Source: Promethearchaeota archaeon (GTDB taxonomy: Archaea > Asgardarchaeota > Lokiarchaeia > Sigyniarchaeales > SOKP01). From it: 64,000 bases of DNA. Position numbers and translations under genes: made by a program. The notes beneath the pieces are model-generated. The model was not told where the DNA came from and made no database searches. It saw nothing but the letters and a program-made list of their open reading frames with translations. The DNA is taken from contig JAHPZI010000022.1 of the NCBI GenBank assembly GCA_019058295.1, positions 197,183 to 261,182 on the forward strand, written 5' to 3'. Shown here in pieces: positions 18,396-30,397 of this stretch; within the stretch, counting starts at the first letter, position 1; each line of letters opens with the position of its first letter.

Positions 18396-19586
18396 ATGAG
18401 AAATGTTGCAGTTGTTGGAGCAGGAGTCTTTCCATTTGGACGGCATCACGACCTTTTATATGTTGAAATGGGAAGGCCTGCCGTGAATGAGGCGATTGAA
18501 GATGCTGGGATAGACAGAAAAGAGATTCAATCTTGTTATATTGGCACAACTGGAGGAGTAGGTGTTGGACATGAAATTCTTTATGAGACGGGAATCATAG
18601 GAATTCCAATTTCTAGGGTTGAAAATGCTTGTGTCTCTGGTTCGAATGCATTTAGGCTAGCTTGGATGGATGTTGCTCTAGGTTTGAGTGATATTTCTTT
18701 AGTTATTGGAATAGAGAAAATGAAAGATAGTTCTATGGCAGATGTCGCTGGGGGAATGGGGAGATTAAAACTTGAAATGAAGGCAATAGCGAAAAACCCT
18801 TCAGTAGCAAATTTTGGATTAATGGGTCCACCGGGCTATTTTGCTCTTGCGGCTCATCGTCATATGGCCGAATTTGGAACTACCAAAGAAGAACTCGCAT
18901 CTGTAACTGTAAAAAGCAGACAAAATGCTCACAATAATCCAAAAGCAGAATATCAGAATATTATGACTGTTGATGATGTATTAAATGATAAAATGATTAA
19001 TCCACCCCTCACACGTAGCCAATGTTGCCCAAAAACTGATGGAGCTGCTGCCATCATTATAATGAGTGAAGAATTAGCTAAAAAATATACAGATACTCCA
19101 GTTTGGGTAAAAGGATCTGGCTTGACAAGTTCTATTATCACTGATTTACTTTCAAATTTATCAGCAATGCCTAATGTTAAATCATCCAGAACGGCTTACG
19201 ATATGGCAAAATTAGAACCGAATGATTTTTTTAAAAACGGATTTGCCGAAGTCCACGATTGTTTTTCAATTTCGGAGATTTTGCATTATGAGGATTTTGG
19301 ATGGTGTAAAAAAGGTGAAGGTCCAAAAATGATAAATGACGGAATCACCCAAATCGATGGCGATTTTCCCGTAAATCCTTCTGGAGGATTACTATCATGT
19401 GGACATCCCCTTGGTGCCACTGGGGTTAGACAAATCGCAGAAGTCCTTTATCAAATGCGAAAAGATAAAGAAGTTGCAAAACGACAAGTGCCAGATGAAA
19501 ATCTAAATGTTGCTCTTACCCATACAATGGGTCAACCTATGTTGGGATTTACTTCATGCGTGAATATTTTTTCAAGAGATCTATAA
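18396..19586 (+). CDS. Thiolase, SCP2/SCP-x type
   Basis: VENACVSGS, DGAAA, EVHDCF, NPSGGL..GHPLGATG. Confidence 0.93.
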   Translation: MRNVAVVGAGVFPFGRHHDLLYVEMGRPAVNEAIEDAGIDRKEIQSCYIGTTGGVGVGHEILYETGIIGIPISRVENACVSGSNAFRLAWMDVALGLSDISLVIGIEKMKDSSMADVAGGMGRLKLEMKAIAKNPSVANFGLMGPPGYFALAAHRHMAEFGTTKEELASVTVKSRQNAHNNPKAEYQNIMTVDDVLNDKMINPPLTRSQCCPKTDGAAAIIIMSEELAKKYTDTPVWVKGSGLTSSIITDLLSNLSAMPNVKSSRTAYDMAKLEPNDFFKNGFAEVHDCFSISEILHYEDFGWCKKGEGPKMINDGITQIDGDFPVNPSGGLLSCGHPLGATGVRQIAEVLYQMRKDKEVAKRQVPDENLNVALTHTMGQPMLGFTSCVNIFSRDL

Positions 19587-19638
19587 AAAATATTTTGGAA
19601 TTCTATTTCTTTTTAACTTAATAAAAACTAAAAAAACT

Positions 19639-21303
19639 ATGTCAAAAAGAAAATTTAGACTCTCAAGAAAAACCGTATTAAAAGATGTTATAATAAACAA
19701 AGCGGAAACAGTTGGAGATAAAGTTTTTCTGACATATATTAGAGATTTTGATAAGGGCATTGATGAAAAATATACCTACAAAGATATGCATTTAAGATCA
19801 AATCGTTTGGCAAATGGATTGATGAATCTCGGAATAAAAAAAGGGGATGGTATTGCCCTAATGGAAATAAATTCTCCTGAGTTTTTATTAACTATTTTTG
19901 CCACATTCAAGATGGGTGCTTATACTGTTTTGGTTAATATTGCGTTGCGAGGCGATGGTTTAAAATATATTATAGATCATTCTAATGCGTCAGCTATCAT
20001 TATCCATTGGACCCTTATTGATGCATTTTTAGAAATCAAAAGCCAAATACCCGCGATTAAACATATTATTGTCGATATTAGTGAAGCACCAACAGATTTT
20101 AAATTACCCGAGGGATCAATATCATTCCAAGAAGTAATGCAAGCACCTGATGATGATATAAATATAGAGCTTAGTCATGATGATTTGAGTTTGTTAATGT
20201 ATACAGCAGGGACAACAGGTTTACCAAAAGCAATAATGTTTTGGCAAGGCAAATTGATTGGAGGTATGAATGTTCAAACACTTGTCAGTATAGCCAAATT
20301 ATTTGGTAGTGGCCCTGATGATGTTCTTTACACAAGTTTACCCTTATTTCATGCGAATGCATTATTTCTGACAACTTTGCCAGCTTTTTTTGAGGAGAAA
20401 CCTTTAATTCTAGCGAAACGATTCAGCGCTAGCCGGCATTGGGATATTTGTCGCAAATATGGGGTTACATTCTTTAACTCCCTTGGTGCAATGATCCCTA
20501 TTTTAATGAAACAACCCGAACGATCAAATGATAAAGAACATAATGTAAGAAATGTATATTCTGCAGCTTGCCCTAAAGAATTATGGGTTGCTTTTGAAGA
20601 GAGATTTGGTATAAAAATTATAGAATTCTATGCTGCTTCAGACGGAGGTGGATTTATGCTTACAACACAAGGAAAAGAAGATATTCCCGTAGGATCTATG
20701 GGAAAACCACCGGTGGGTATGGTTGCTGATATCATGGATGATGATGGAAATATTCTGGAACCCGAGGTAGTTGGAGAATTAGTTTTCTTAGTTAGGGAGT
20801 CGGAAATTAATCAAAGAAAAGTGAAATATTATAAAGATGATAAAGCCTCAGAGAATTTAATACGAGAAGGTAAAGATGGGCAGAACTGGTTTCATACAGG
20901 TGATTTAGCGTATAAGGATAAAGAAGGGTGGTTCTATTTCGTTGATAGAAAAAAGGATTCAATAAGAAGACGCGGTGAAAATATTGCGTCTTATAGTATT
21001 GAAAAGATAATTAATTTAAACGACAAAATTTTGGAAGCAGCAGCTTACGGTATTAAATCAGAACTAGGTGAAGATGAGATAATGGTTGCTATTGTTTTAA
21101 AACCAGGGGAAACCATGACTCCTGAGGAACTATTAGATTTCTGTCAAGGAAAAATGGCCAATTTTATGATACCTAGATATATTGATTTTGTCGATAAGCT
21201 TCCTAAAAACGAAGTACATAGGATATTAAAGCGTATTCTCAAAGAACGTGGAGCAACAGAAAGTACTTATGATAGAGAAAAGGCAGGATATGTTTTAAAA
21301 TAA
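19639..21303 (+). CDS. Acyl-CoA synthetase (CaiC/FadD17-like AMP-binding protein)
   Basis: YTAGTTGLPK, LPLFHANA, FSASRHW, WFHTGD, DRKKD.IRRRGENI. Confidence 0.92.
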   Translation: MSKRKFRLSRKTVLKDVIINKAETVGDKVFLTYIRDFDKGIDEKYTYKDMHLRSNRLANGLMNLGIKKGDGIALMEINSPEFLLTIFATFKMGAYTVLVNIALRGDGLKYIIDHSNASAIIIHWTLIDAFLEIKSQIPAIKHIIVDISEAPTDFKLPEGSISFQEVMQAPDDDINIELSHDDLSLLMYTAGTTGLPKAIMFWQGKLIGGMNVQTLVSIAKLFGSGPDDVLYTSLPLFHANALFLTTLPAFFEEKPLILAKRFSASRHWDICRKYGVTFFNSLGAMIPILMKQPERSNDKEHNVRNVYSAACPKELWVAFEERFGIKIIEFYAASDGGGFMLTTQGKEDIPVGSMGKPPVGMVADIMDDDGNILEPEVVGELVFLVRESEINQRKVKYYKDDKASENLIREGKDGQNWFHTGDLAYKDKEGWFYFVDRKKDSIRRRGENIASYSIEKIINLNDKILEAAAYGIKSELGEDEIMVAIVLKPGETMTPEELLDFCQGKMANFMIPRYIDFVDKLPKNEVHRILKRILKERGATESTYDREKAGYVLK

Positions 21304-21435
21304 AGATAATTTTTTTTTTCTTAACAATTTTAGGTATTAGGTATAATTAAGGTATAATGTAAAATAATAAGGATTTTCAATAATAATGCATTTTTAATTT
21401 TTAATACAAATAATAAATCAAAAAAGTAGGCAGAA

Positions 21436-22689
21436 ATGAACGACAAGGTTTATGTATTTGGTGTTGGAATGACCAAGTTTGGTAAATTTCTTGATAAAAG
21501 TATTAAAAAATTTACAGGCGAAGCACTTGATTCGGTCCTAGAGGACTGTCAAAATGATATAAATTTGAGTGATATTGAGGCTGCTTGGTTTTCCAATACA
21601 TGTTGGGGAATGTATGATTTTCAGCATAGCATTCGAGGTCAAGTTGCACTTAGCGCCAACCGCCTTGATAAAATACCTATAATAAACGTGGAAAATGCGT
21701 GTGCCAGTGGGAGCACTGCTTTCCATGGAGCGTGGACTTCAATAAAAGCGGGTCTCTATGACTGTGCGCTGGCTATAGGTGTTGAAAAAGTATATAATGA
21801 AGATCGTGCTAAGATGATGAAAGGATTTATAACTTACACGGATGTAGAGAAGACAACTAAAATGATAGAGCAATTGAAAAAGATGGCTGAAAAAAAAAAG
21901 GCGATGGATGCTAAAAAACAAGGAACTGAAGATAGAAAAGAGAAAAAAGGGGGACATTCTGCATTCATGGATCTATATGCAGTTGCAGCTCGTCAACATA
22001 TGAAACAGCATGGAACTACACAAAGACACTTGGCTGTAGTTGCTGCTAAGAACCATAATAATTCAACACTAAATCCTCTTGCCCAATACACATTCCCCAT
22101 GACTGTAGAGCAAGTTTTGGAAGATTATGAAGTTGCTTATCCTCTGACCAGATCGATGTGTGCACCAGTTGGAGATGGTGCTGCGGCAGCTATTTTATGC
22201 TCGGAGAAATTTTTAAAACAACATCCAAATACAAGAGCTGTCCTAATACGAGCATCGGTTTTGCAGTCTGGATCTTGGAAAACAGATGATATAGCTAAAC
22301 GCGCATCTACAATCGCCTATAAAATGTCTGGTCTTGGGCCTAAAGATATAAATGTGGCTGAAGTTCACGATGCTACGGCGTTTGGGGAAATTCACCAAAT
22401 TGAGCAAATGGGATTTTGTCCAATAGGAGAAGGTGGGCCATTTAGTGAGAGTGGCGCAACGGCTCTTCATGGAAAGATTCCTATTAATCCGAGCGGAGGA
22501 TTGTTATCCCGAGGCCATCCACTCGGTGCGTCAGGTTTGGCACAAATTTATGAATTGGTGGTTCAATTGCGTGGAGAAGCTGGCGAAAGGCAAGTTGACA
22601 ACCATAAATTTGCTTTGGCTGAGAATGGTGGTGGCAACATTGGTGTTGGTGAGGCAGCCATGTGTGTAAATATCTTAGAAAAGGTATAA
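21436..22689 (+). CDS. Thiolase, SCP2-type
   Basis: VENACASGSTA, DGAAA, EVHDA, GHPLGASG, ENGGG. Confidence 0.93.
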   Translation: MNDKVYVFGVGMTKFGKFLDKSIKKFTGEALDSVLEDCQNDINLSDIEAAWFSNTCWGMYDFQHSIRGQVALSANRLDKIPIINVENACASGSTAFHGAWTSIKAGLYDCALAIGVEKVYNEDRAKMMKGFITYTDVEKTTKMIEQLKKMAEKKKAMDAKKQGTEDRKEKKGGHSAFMDLYAVAARQHMKQHGTTQRHLAVVAAKNHNNSTLNPLAQYTFPMTVEQVLEDYEVAYPLTRSMCAPVGDGAAAAILCSEKFLKQHPNTRAVLIRASVLQSGSWKTDDIAKRASTIAYKMSGLGPKDINVAEVHDATAFGEIHQIEQMGFCPIGEGGPFSESGATALHGKIPINPSGGLLSRGHPLGASGLAQIYELVVQLRGEAGERQVDNHKFALAENGGGNIGVGEAAMCVNILEKV

Positions 22690-22744
22690 TAAATACAATT
22701 ACTTAAGAAAAATAAAAAAAAACTGAATTTTTTAATTTTAAATT

Positions 22745-23761
22745 TTATTCCCGTATTTCAGGACCATCTACTCCTTCCCGGTACCAAGTTACTGGTCGAT
22801 ATTCTCTAGGTACAATACCTTCTTGTTTGAATACAGGATATCCTAGACTTAAAGAAGTTATAGGAATCCAAGGGTATTTGATACCAAGTTTTCTTTTTAA
22901 AGGTTTAATCTGGTTAAGGGTTTGCGCAAAAAACCCATTCCAACAAGCTTTAATTCCTAAAGAGTTCGCCACTAAGTTCATGTTTTCTCCGGCTATACCG
23001 ATATTTATTTTTGCTCCCGAAATGGCTCGTTCATCCCCGAGTATTAGGATGACGCATGGAGCAGCCAATGAAACGGCTATTTCTCCCATTCTAGTAAGAG
23101 AGCCCATTCCCCCTAAAATAAGTCTTGGATCAACGGTACCAGGACCAATTGAAGGATCCTCGATTAGAGGTGCTAAATTTTTTACCATATTATCATCCAA
23201 ATATGCTTTATACATAAAGCTTATAATTTTATAAACTTCTTTATCTATCTTTTCGAGTAGGGCTTTATTTGTTATTACAATAAACTTCCATGGCTGACAA
23301 TTACCCGCACTTGGAGCGAATCGTCCTGCTTCCAGAACTCTTTGAATTAAAGACTCAGGTACTGGTTTATCCTTGAAATTTCTCACACTTCGTCTTTCAA
23401 AAATTGCTTTTTCAATGGCGTTCCATTCCGTTGGATTTCCTTCCTCATCCTTTGCCTCAAGAGGCATTTTAGCAGGTAAAGGGTGAGGATCTGTTTTCCA
23501 ATATCCGGCGTCAACATGGTAAGGTTCAACTATCATGATCGCATCATTGGGACAGGCCACTTTACAATTATAACAGCTAAAACATTCATATTGTTCTTTC
23601 ATTGCTGGAAAGCCACCTTCATCTTCTTCCCAAGCTCGGAAGGGGCAATTTATCATACATAATCCACACTTAGTGCATTTATCGTGGTCGACCTTCATTA
23701 CTCCCATGTGGACATCTTTCATATCAGGTTGTAAAATCTCTTTTACATCTTCCCAAGGCAT
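22745..23761 (-). CDS. Ferredoxin-nitroreductase fusion
   Basis: CTKCGLCMINCP and CFSCYNCKVACP followed by RRSVRNF and APSAGNCQPW. Confidence 0.9.
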   Translation of the reverse strand: MPWEDVKEILQPDMKDVHMGVMKVDHDKCTKCGLCMINCPFRAWEEDEGGFPAMKEQYECFSCYNCKVACPNDAIMIVEPYHVDAGYWKTDPHPLPAKMPLEAKDEEGNPTEWNAIEKAIFERRSVRNFKDKPVPESLIQRVLEAGRFAPSAGNCQPWKFIVITNKALLEKIDKEVYKIISFMYKAYLDDNMVKNLAPLIEDPSIGPGTVDPRLILGGMGSLTRMGEIAVSLAAPCVILILGDERAISGAKINIGIAGENMNLVANSLGIKACWNGFFAQTLNQIKPLKRKLGIKYPWIPITSLSLGYPVFKQEGIVPREYRPVTWYREGVDGPEIRE

Positions 23762-23864
23762 AATTCATCAATTCCTATTAATAACTAATAAATATATTAA
23801 ATTATTGAAATATTTAAAAGAAATGTCTTTTTCAATTCAATTCAAAAAATAAAAAGGATTCAAA

Positions 23865-25538
23865 ATGTCAGCAAAGAAAAAATTTAGATTGACAAGAAGA
23901 ACAATATTAAGAGATCTTATTCAACATAAGGCAGAAACGATTGGTGATAAGGTTTACATGACATATCTTAGAGATTTCGATAATAATATTGAAGAAAAAT
24001 ATACTTATAGAGATATGCATTTACTGTCTAATCGCTTAGGAAATGGTCTTTTAAATTTAGGACTAAAAAAAGGGGAAGGTGTAGCTTTAATGGAAATTAA
24101 CTCTCCTGAATTTTTACTGACTATTTTTGCTACATTCAAAACGGGCATGTATTCCGTTATGATTAACGTTTCCTTAAGAGGGGATGGTTTAAAATTTATT
24201 ATAGAACATTCTGATGCATCGGCAATCATTATTCACTGGTCTTTTTTACAAGCATTTTTAGATATTAAAGATCAACTACCCAAAATTAGATATATCATAG
24301 TCGATATTAATGAAGCCCCAGCGGATTTTAAATTGCCTGAAGGAATTGTATCTCTCCAAGAAGTTATGCAAGCATCAGATGAGGATATTGATATAGAGAT
24401 TAGTCTTGATGACATGGCAATGTTAATGTATACTGCGGGAACGACTGGTCTGCCCAAAGCAATACAATTTTGGCAAGGCAAATTGTTGGGAGGTCTTAGC
24501 ATTCAAACACTTATGAGTCTTGTGAAAATGATGGCTCAAGCTGATGATGTTCTCTTTACTCCCTTACCCCTATTCCATTCGAACGCTTTGTTTTTAACGA
24601 GTTTAGCCGCTTATTTTGCTGAAAGGCCATTAATTCTCGGTAAAAAATTTTCAGCAAGTCGCCATTGGGATATTTGTCGTAAATATGGTGTTACTACTTT
24701 TAATACCTTAGGTGCAATGGTCACATTTTTAATGAAGCAACCAGAGAGACCAAACGATAAAGAACATAATATCCGAGTGGTAAATACGGCTGCTTGCCCT
24801 AAAGAGTTATGGGTAGCTTTTGAAGAGAGATTTGGTGTAAAAATCCATGAAGCTTATGGTGCAACGGACGGAGGGGGATTTATGCTTAGTTCTGTTGGGC
24901 GTGATGATCAACCTGTAGGATCTATGGGTACACCATTACCTGGAATGGTTGCTGAAGTTATGGATGATAATGGAGTTATTCTTCCAGAACCAGAAAAAGT
25001 GGGAGAATTAGTTTTCCTGGTTAGGGAGTTGGAAATGAAACAAAGAGAAGTGAAATATTATAAAGACGAGAGTGCCTCAAAAAGTTTAATTCAAAAGGGC
25101 GCAGATGGTCAATTATGGTTCCATACAGGTGATTTGGCATATAAAGATAAAGATGGCTGGTTCTATTTCGTTGATAGAAAAAAGGATTCAATCCGTAGAC
25201 ATGGTGAAAACATCGCATCATTTAGCATTGAAAATATTATAAATCAAAATGAAAAAATATTAGAAGTTGCTGCCTATGGTGTTAAAACTGAGGTGGGCGA
25301 AGATGAAGTGATGGTTTCTGTTGTTTTAAAACCAGGAGAAACCATGGCTCCAGAGGAACTTTTAGATTTCTGTCAAGGTAAAATGGCTTATTTCATGATC
25401 CCTAGATATATTGATTTCGTCGAAGAACTTCCTAAAAGTGAAGTTCACAGAGTGTTAAAGCGTTTTCTCAAAAAACGTGGAGTAACACCAACCACTTACG
25501 ATAGAGAAAAGGCTGGATATGTTATAAAACGAGACTAA
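23865..25538 (+). CDS. Acyl-CoA synthetase, close paralogue of 19639-21303
   Basis: Same motifs and collinear high similarity. Confidence 0.92.
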   Translation: MSAKKKFRLTRRTILRDLIQHKAETIGDKVYMTYLRDFDNNIEEKYTYRDMHLLSNRLGNGLLNLGLKKGEGVALMEINSPEFLLTIFATFKTGMYSVMINVSLRGDGLKFIIEHSDASAIIIHWSFLQAFLDIKDQLPKIRYIIVDINEAPADFKLPEGIVSLQEVMQASDEDIDIEISLDDMAMLMYTAGTTGLPKAIQFWQGKLLGGLSIQTLMSLVKMMAQADDVLFTPLPLFHSNALFLTSLAAYFAERPLILGKKFSASRHWDICRKYGVTTFNTLGAMVTFLMKQPERPNDKEHNIRVVNTAACPKELWVAFEERFGVKIHEAYGATDGGGFMLSSVGRDDQPVGSMGTPLPGMVAEVMDDNGVILPEPEKVGELVFLVRELEMKQREVKYYKDESASKSLIQKGADGQLWFHTGDLAYKDKDGWFYFVDRKKDSIRRHGENIASFSIENIINQNEKILEVAAYGVKTEVGEDEVMVSVVLKPGETMAPEELLDFCQGKMAYFMIPRYIDFVEELPKSEVHRVLKRFLKKRGVTPTTYDREKAGYVIKRD

Positions 25539-25564
25539 TATTTTTTTCTTTTTAACATAAAATT

Positions 25565-26791
25565 GTGAGATTATTTATGACTTTACCCCTAGAAAATATT
25601 ACAGTCATTGATTTGACTAGGATGCTTCCTGGACCGTATTGCACTATGATATTATCGGATTTAGGGGCAAATGTTATTCGGGTCGAAGATCCGAAGTATC
25701 TTTACTCTAATGTCCCGCCATTTTTTCAAAAAGGAAAATATCGTGATAGTGCGTTTAATGCTATCCTTATGAGAAACAAGGCATCAATTACTCTTAATCT
25801 GAAAAAAGAGAAAGCTTTAGAGATATTTTATGACTTAGTAAAACGCGCAGATATAGTTATGGACACATTTCGACCAAAAGTGATGGAAAAATTAAAAATA
25901 GATTATAATACCCTTTCCTCGATAAATCCCTCAATTATTTGTTGTTCTTTAACAGGATACGGTCAAAATGGGCCATACGAACAAGTTGCGGGGCATGATT
26001 TGAATTATATTGGTATTTGTGGAATATTGGATGCAACTAGAAAAAGGGTAATTTTGGGTGAGGAAAATCAGGAGAGAAAACCAATAAATCCTGGTGTCCA
26101 ACCAGCCGATATTGGAGGGGCTTTAGTAAGTGCCATTGGAATTCTTGGTGCTATAATCGAAAGAGAAAATAATCCTGAAAGAAAGGGTCAATATGTTGAT
26201 ATTTCAATGACAGATTCTGTATTTTCTTTTATGCCAATGGCAGCTGCTTTACATTTTGCGAAAGAGTATAATAAAAAATTTAGTGGAGAAAATATACTCG
26301 AAGGTGGAATGCCATATTATTCCGTCTATAAGACGAAAGATAACAAATATTTGTCAGTTGGGGCGATTGAAATGAAATTCTGGCAAAATTTGTGTGAAGG
26401 TTTAGGACGAAATGATTTAAAAGGAAAGCAGTGGGCCCTGAGAGAAGAGAAAGAAAAGGTTTTTGAAGAACTGCAAAAAGAATTCTTAAAGAAAACACAA
26501 GAAGAGTGGCTTGAGATTTTTAAAAATTACGATACTTGTATAGGCCCAATTAATAATTTTGCTGAAGCGTGTGAAGACCCCCAAATCATAGCGCGTAATA
26601 TGGTTGTTGAAATAGACCATCCCGTATTAGGCAAGATTAAAAATATAGCCTCACCGATTAAAATGTCAAGGACACCTCCAACCATTAGAAGCCCTGCTCC
26701 CAAAATCGGACAAAACACTAAAGAAATTTTGAAGCAATTGAATTATTCTGATGAGGATATTAAAAACTTCAAAAAAAATAAGATTATATAA
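25565..26791 (+). CDS. Family III CoA-transferase (CaiB/BaiF/AMACR-like)
   Basis: DLTRMLPGPYCT..L.DLGA.VI, RNK.S..LNLK, GYGQ.GPY...GHD. Start more likely ATG 25577. Confidence 0.93.
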   Translation: MRLFMTLPLENITVIDLTRMLPGPYCTMILSDLGANVIRVEDPKYLYSNVPPFFQKGKYRDSAFNAILMRNKASITLNLKKEKALEIFYDLVKRADIVMDTFRPKVMEKLKIDYNTLSSINPSIICCSLTGYGQNGPYEQVAGHDLNYIGICGILDATRKRVILGEENQERKPINPGVQPADIGGALVSAIGILGAIIERENNPERKGQYVDISMTDSVFSFMPMAAALHFAKEYNKKFSGENILEGGMPYYSVYKTKDNKYLSVGAIEMKFWQNLCEGLGRNDLKGKQWALREEKEKVFEELQKEFLKKTQEEWLEIFKNYDTCIGPINNFAEACEDPQIIARNMVVEIDHPVLGKIKNIASPIKMSRTPPTIRSPAPKIGQNTKEILKQLNYSDEDIKNFKKNKII

Positions 26792-27012
26792 TTTTTATAA
26801 TTTTAAATTTTGATATAACCTTACAACTTGATTATGTAAAAAATCTTCCGCGTTTTTTCCTTTCATAAATATAACGAGAAGAAGCAATCTTATAATATAG
26901 TTTCCCATTTAAAATCCCCCCAATTAAAATTTACTAAAAAGCTTTAATAATTAAATAAATTATTTTTTAAATAGCAAAAGACTAAAGTTAAAAAGAAAAT
27001 AAACTGACTAAA

Positions 27013-28632
<1,620 letters not shown>

Positions 28633-28778
28633 AAACTAAATCAACTTCTTTTCTTTTTTTAAACAAAAATTTGAAAAAAATGCTGAGAATTTTTCCTTTA
28701 TAAATAGAGAATGGGTTATTCTTGACATATCCCGATCTTAAAAATTAATAAAAATAAAATTATATGATGTTTATAGTT

Positions 28779-29273
28779 TTAAATTCTGTATTCCTCAGGA
28801 GTTTTATCCTCTTTATAAGGGCTTTCAGCCAATTCGAATCTGAATCCGACTATCTCTTCTCCTCCTATCATGTGAACAGGAGATGGTTTTTCACGAAGAT
28901 CCTCTGGATCTATGAATTGATCCCACGCAACAGGAAATTTGATGAGAGTCTTAACTCCTTCCTGTTTGAATGCTTTTGCTGCTGCTCTTACGTCCTTGAC
29001 TATAAAAGTAAGGTTATGCACTCCCGGTCCTTTTTTGTCCAAATGTTCTGACCACAGGGTCTGAAGCTTCTTACTTGATGGTTCTATAAATTGTAAAATT
29101 ACATTGCCGAGTTTCACATGGACTACTTTTACTACACCCATGTTAGACAATGTATCAGAAAATTCTTTTTCTACGATCTCTGAGCCGAAAATCCTATTTA
29201 AAAACTCTGCTGCTTTTATAGCATCTGGTACTACAATCTCTATATGTACTAAAGGTGACAATTCTATTACCAT
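28779..29273 (-). CDS. VOC/glyoxalase family protein (methylmalonyl-CoA epimerase-like)
   Basis: HIEIVV.D...A, QFIEP, KKGPGVHNL.F.V.D, FELAE. Confidence 0.8.
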   Translation of the reverse strand: MVIELSPLVHIEIVVPDAIKAAEFLNRIFGSEIVEKEFSDTLSNMGVVKVVHVKLGNVILQFIEPSSKKLQTLWSEHLDKKGPGVHNLTFIVKDVRAAAKAFKQEGVKTLIKFPVAWDQFIDPEDLREKPSPVHMIGGEEIVGFRFELAESPYKEDKTPEEYRI

Positions 29274-29299
29274 TATTTTTCACTTTAATATTTCTTTTT

Positions 29300-30184
29300 T
29301 TATTTATTTTCACTCTTCCATTTCTTCCATTCCTCTAACAAGTTAGATTTACTTGTTGGATCCGACAATTCAAGTTCTTTTTCGCGTGTTTGACCATCTC
29401 TTTGAAGGAACCAGTTCATTCGCTCTTTTGCTACGGGTAAGGCGCATGCTTGATTAAAAAGGTAAGCTTCTTCCATCAGACCTTCAATAAGTGGTTGTTC
29501 CAATGCGGTTAATACAGCTTTCTTTGCAATGGCAATTATTTCTGCGGGAAATGAAGCGATTCGATAAGCTAGATCCTCAACAAATGGAGTTAATTCATCT
29601 TGTGGCAAAGCACGATTAATATATCCATATCGTTCAGCTAATTCAGCTGAAAAATCAATACCCCCAAGCACGGCTTCCATGGCACGGGAACGACCCATTA
29701 GTCGAGGAAGCCGCTGAGTACTACCTCCACCAGGAATTATGCCTAATAGGATTTCTGGTTGGCCAAGAATGGCTTTACCTATTGCCCCAAATCTCATATC
29801 AAGTGATAATACAAATTCACTTCCTCCTCCGCGTGCGATGCCTTCAAGTTTTGCGATGGATACTTTTGGCATGGTTCGATATGCTTCACAAATTGGATGC
29901 ATACCTGTAAGTTGATCGGATTTTGGGGGTGCTTCATCTGGTAATATTGCTAGAACAGACACATCAAAATGAGCAATAAAAAAATCAGGATCAGCACTAT
30001 CGAAGACGATAACTCTCACATCATCATCCATAGCTATTTTTGTCTGGAGACGACTTAATTCTCCAAGAAGGCCCGCATTCAAAAGGTTTATAGGGGGATT
30101 ATCGATTGTTACGAAGGCAACCCCTTGATCAAGGCGAATTTTTAGCAATTTAAAACGAGTGTATTTCATTTTATCTACCACCAT
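29300..30184 (-). CDS. Enoyl-CoA hydratase/isomerase (crotonase) family
   Basis: IDNPP.N, FFIAHFD, ARGGGSE, GQPEI.LGIIPGGG.TQRL.RL.G. Confidence 0.92.
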   Translation of the reverse strand: MVVDKMKYTRFKLLKIRLDQGVAFVTIDNPPINLLNAGLLGELSRLQTKIAMDDDVRVIVFDSADPDFFIAHFDVSVLAILPDEAPPKSDQLTGMHPICEAYRTMPKVSIAKLEGIARGGGSEFVLSLDMRFGAIGKAILGQPEILLGIIPGGGSTQRLPRLMGRSRAMEAVLGGIDFSAELAERYGYINRALPQDELTPFVEDLAYRIASFPAEIIAIAKKAVLTALEQPLIEGLMEEAYLFNQACALPVAKERMNWFLQRDGQTREKELELSDPTSKSNLLEEWKKWKSENK

Positions 30185-30397
30185 TTAAATTTTAAGATTA
30201 TATAGTATTTGATTTGCTGGAATTATTAATATATTTAATTTTTAAACTTTTAAGAAATTTAAATATATTCTAATGAAGATAATGAAGATAAAAAAAGGCA
30301 GAAAATCTAAAAACTTAAGGTAAAAGGGCAAATTAAAAATTGTCCTATAAATTTTATTCTTATATAATTTAATAGATCGTATCGTTTGGCTTGAACT

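Noticed and set aside
26795-26908. 37-codon minus-strand smORF MGNYIIRLLLLVIFMKGK... after GGGGGGA
   Set aside because: No recognisable homology and it is short in AT-rich DNA, so it cannot be supported without conservation or ribosome data.
30271-30290. TAATGAAGA x2 tandem in a divergent intergenic region
   Set aside because: Two copies only; likely slippage.
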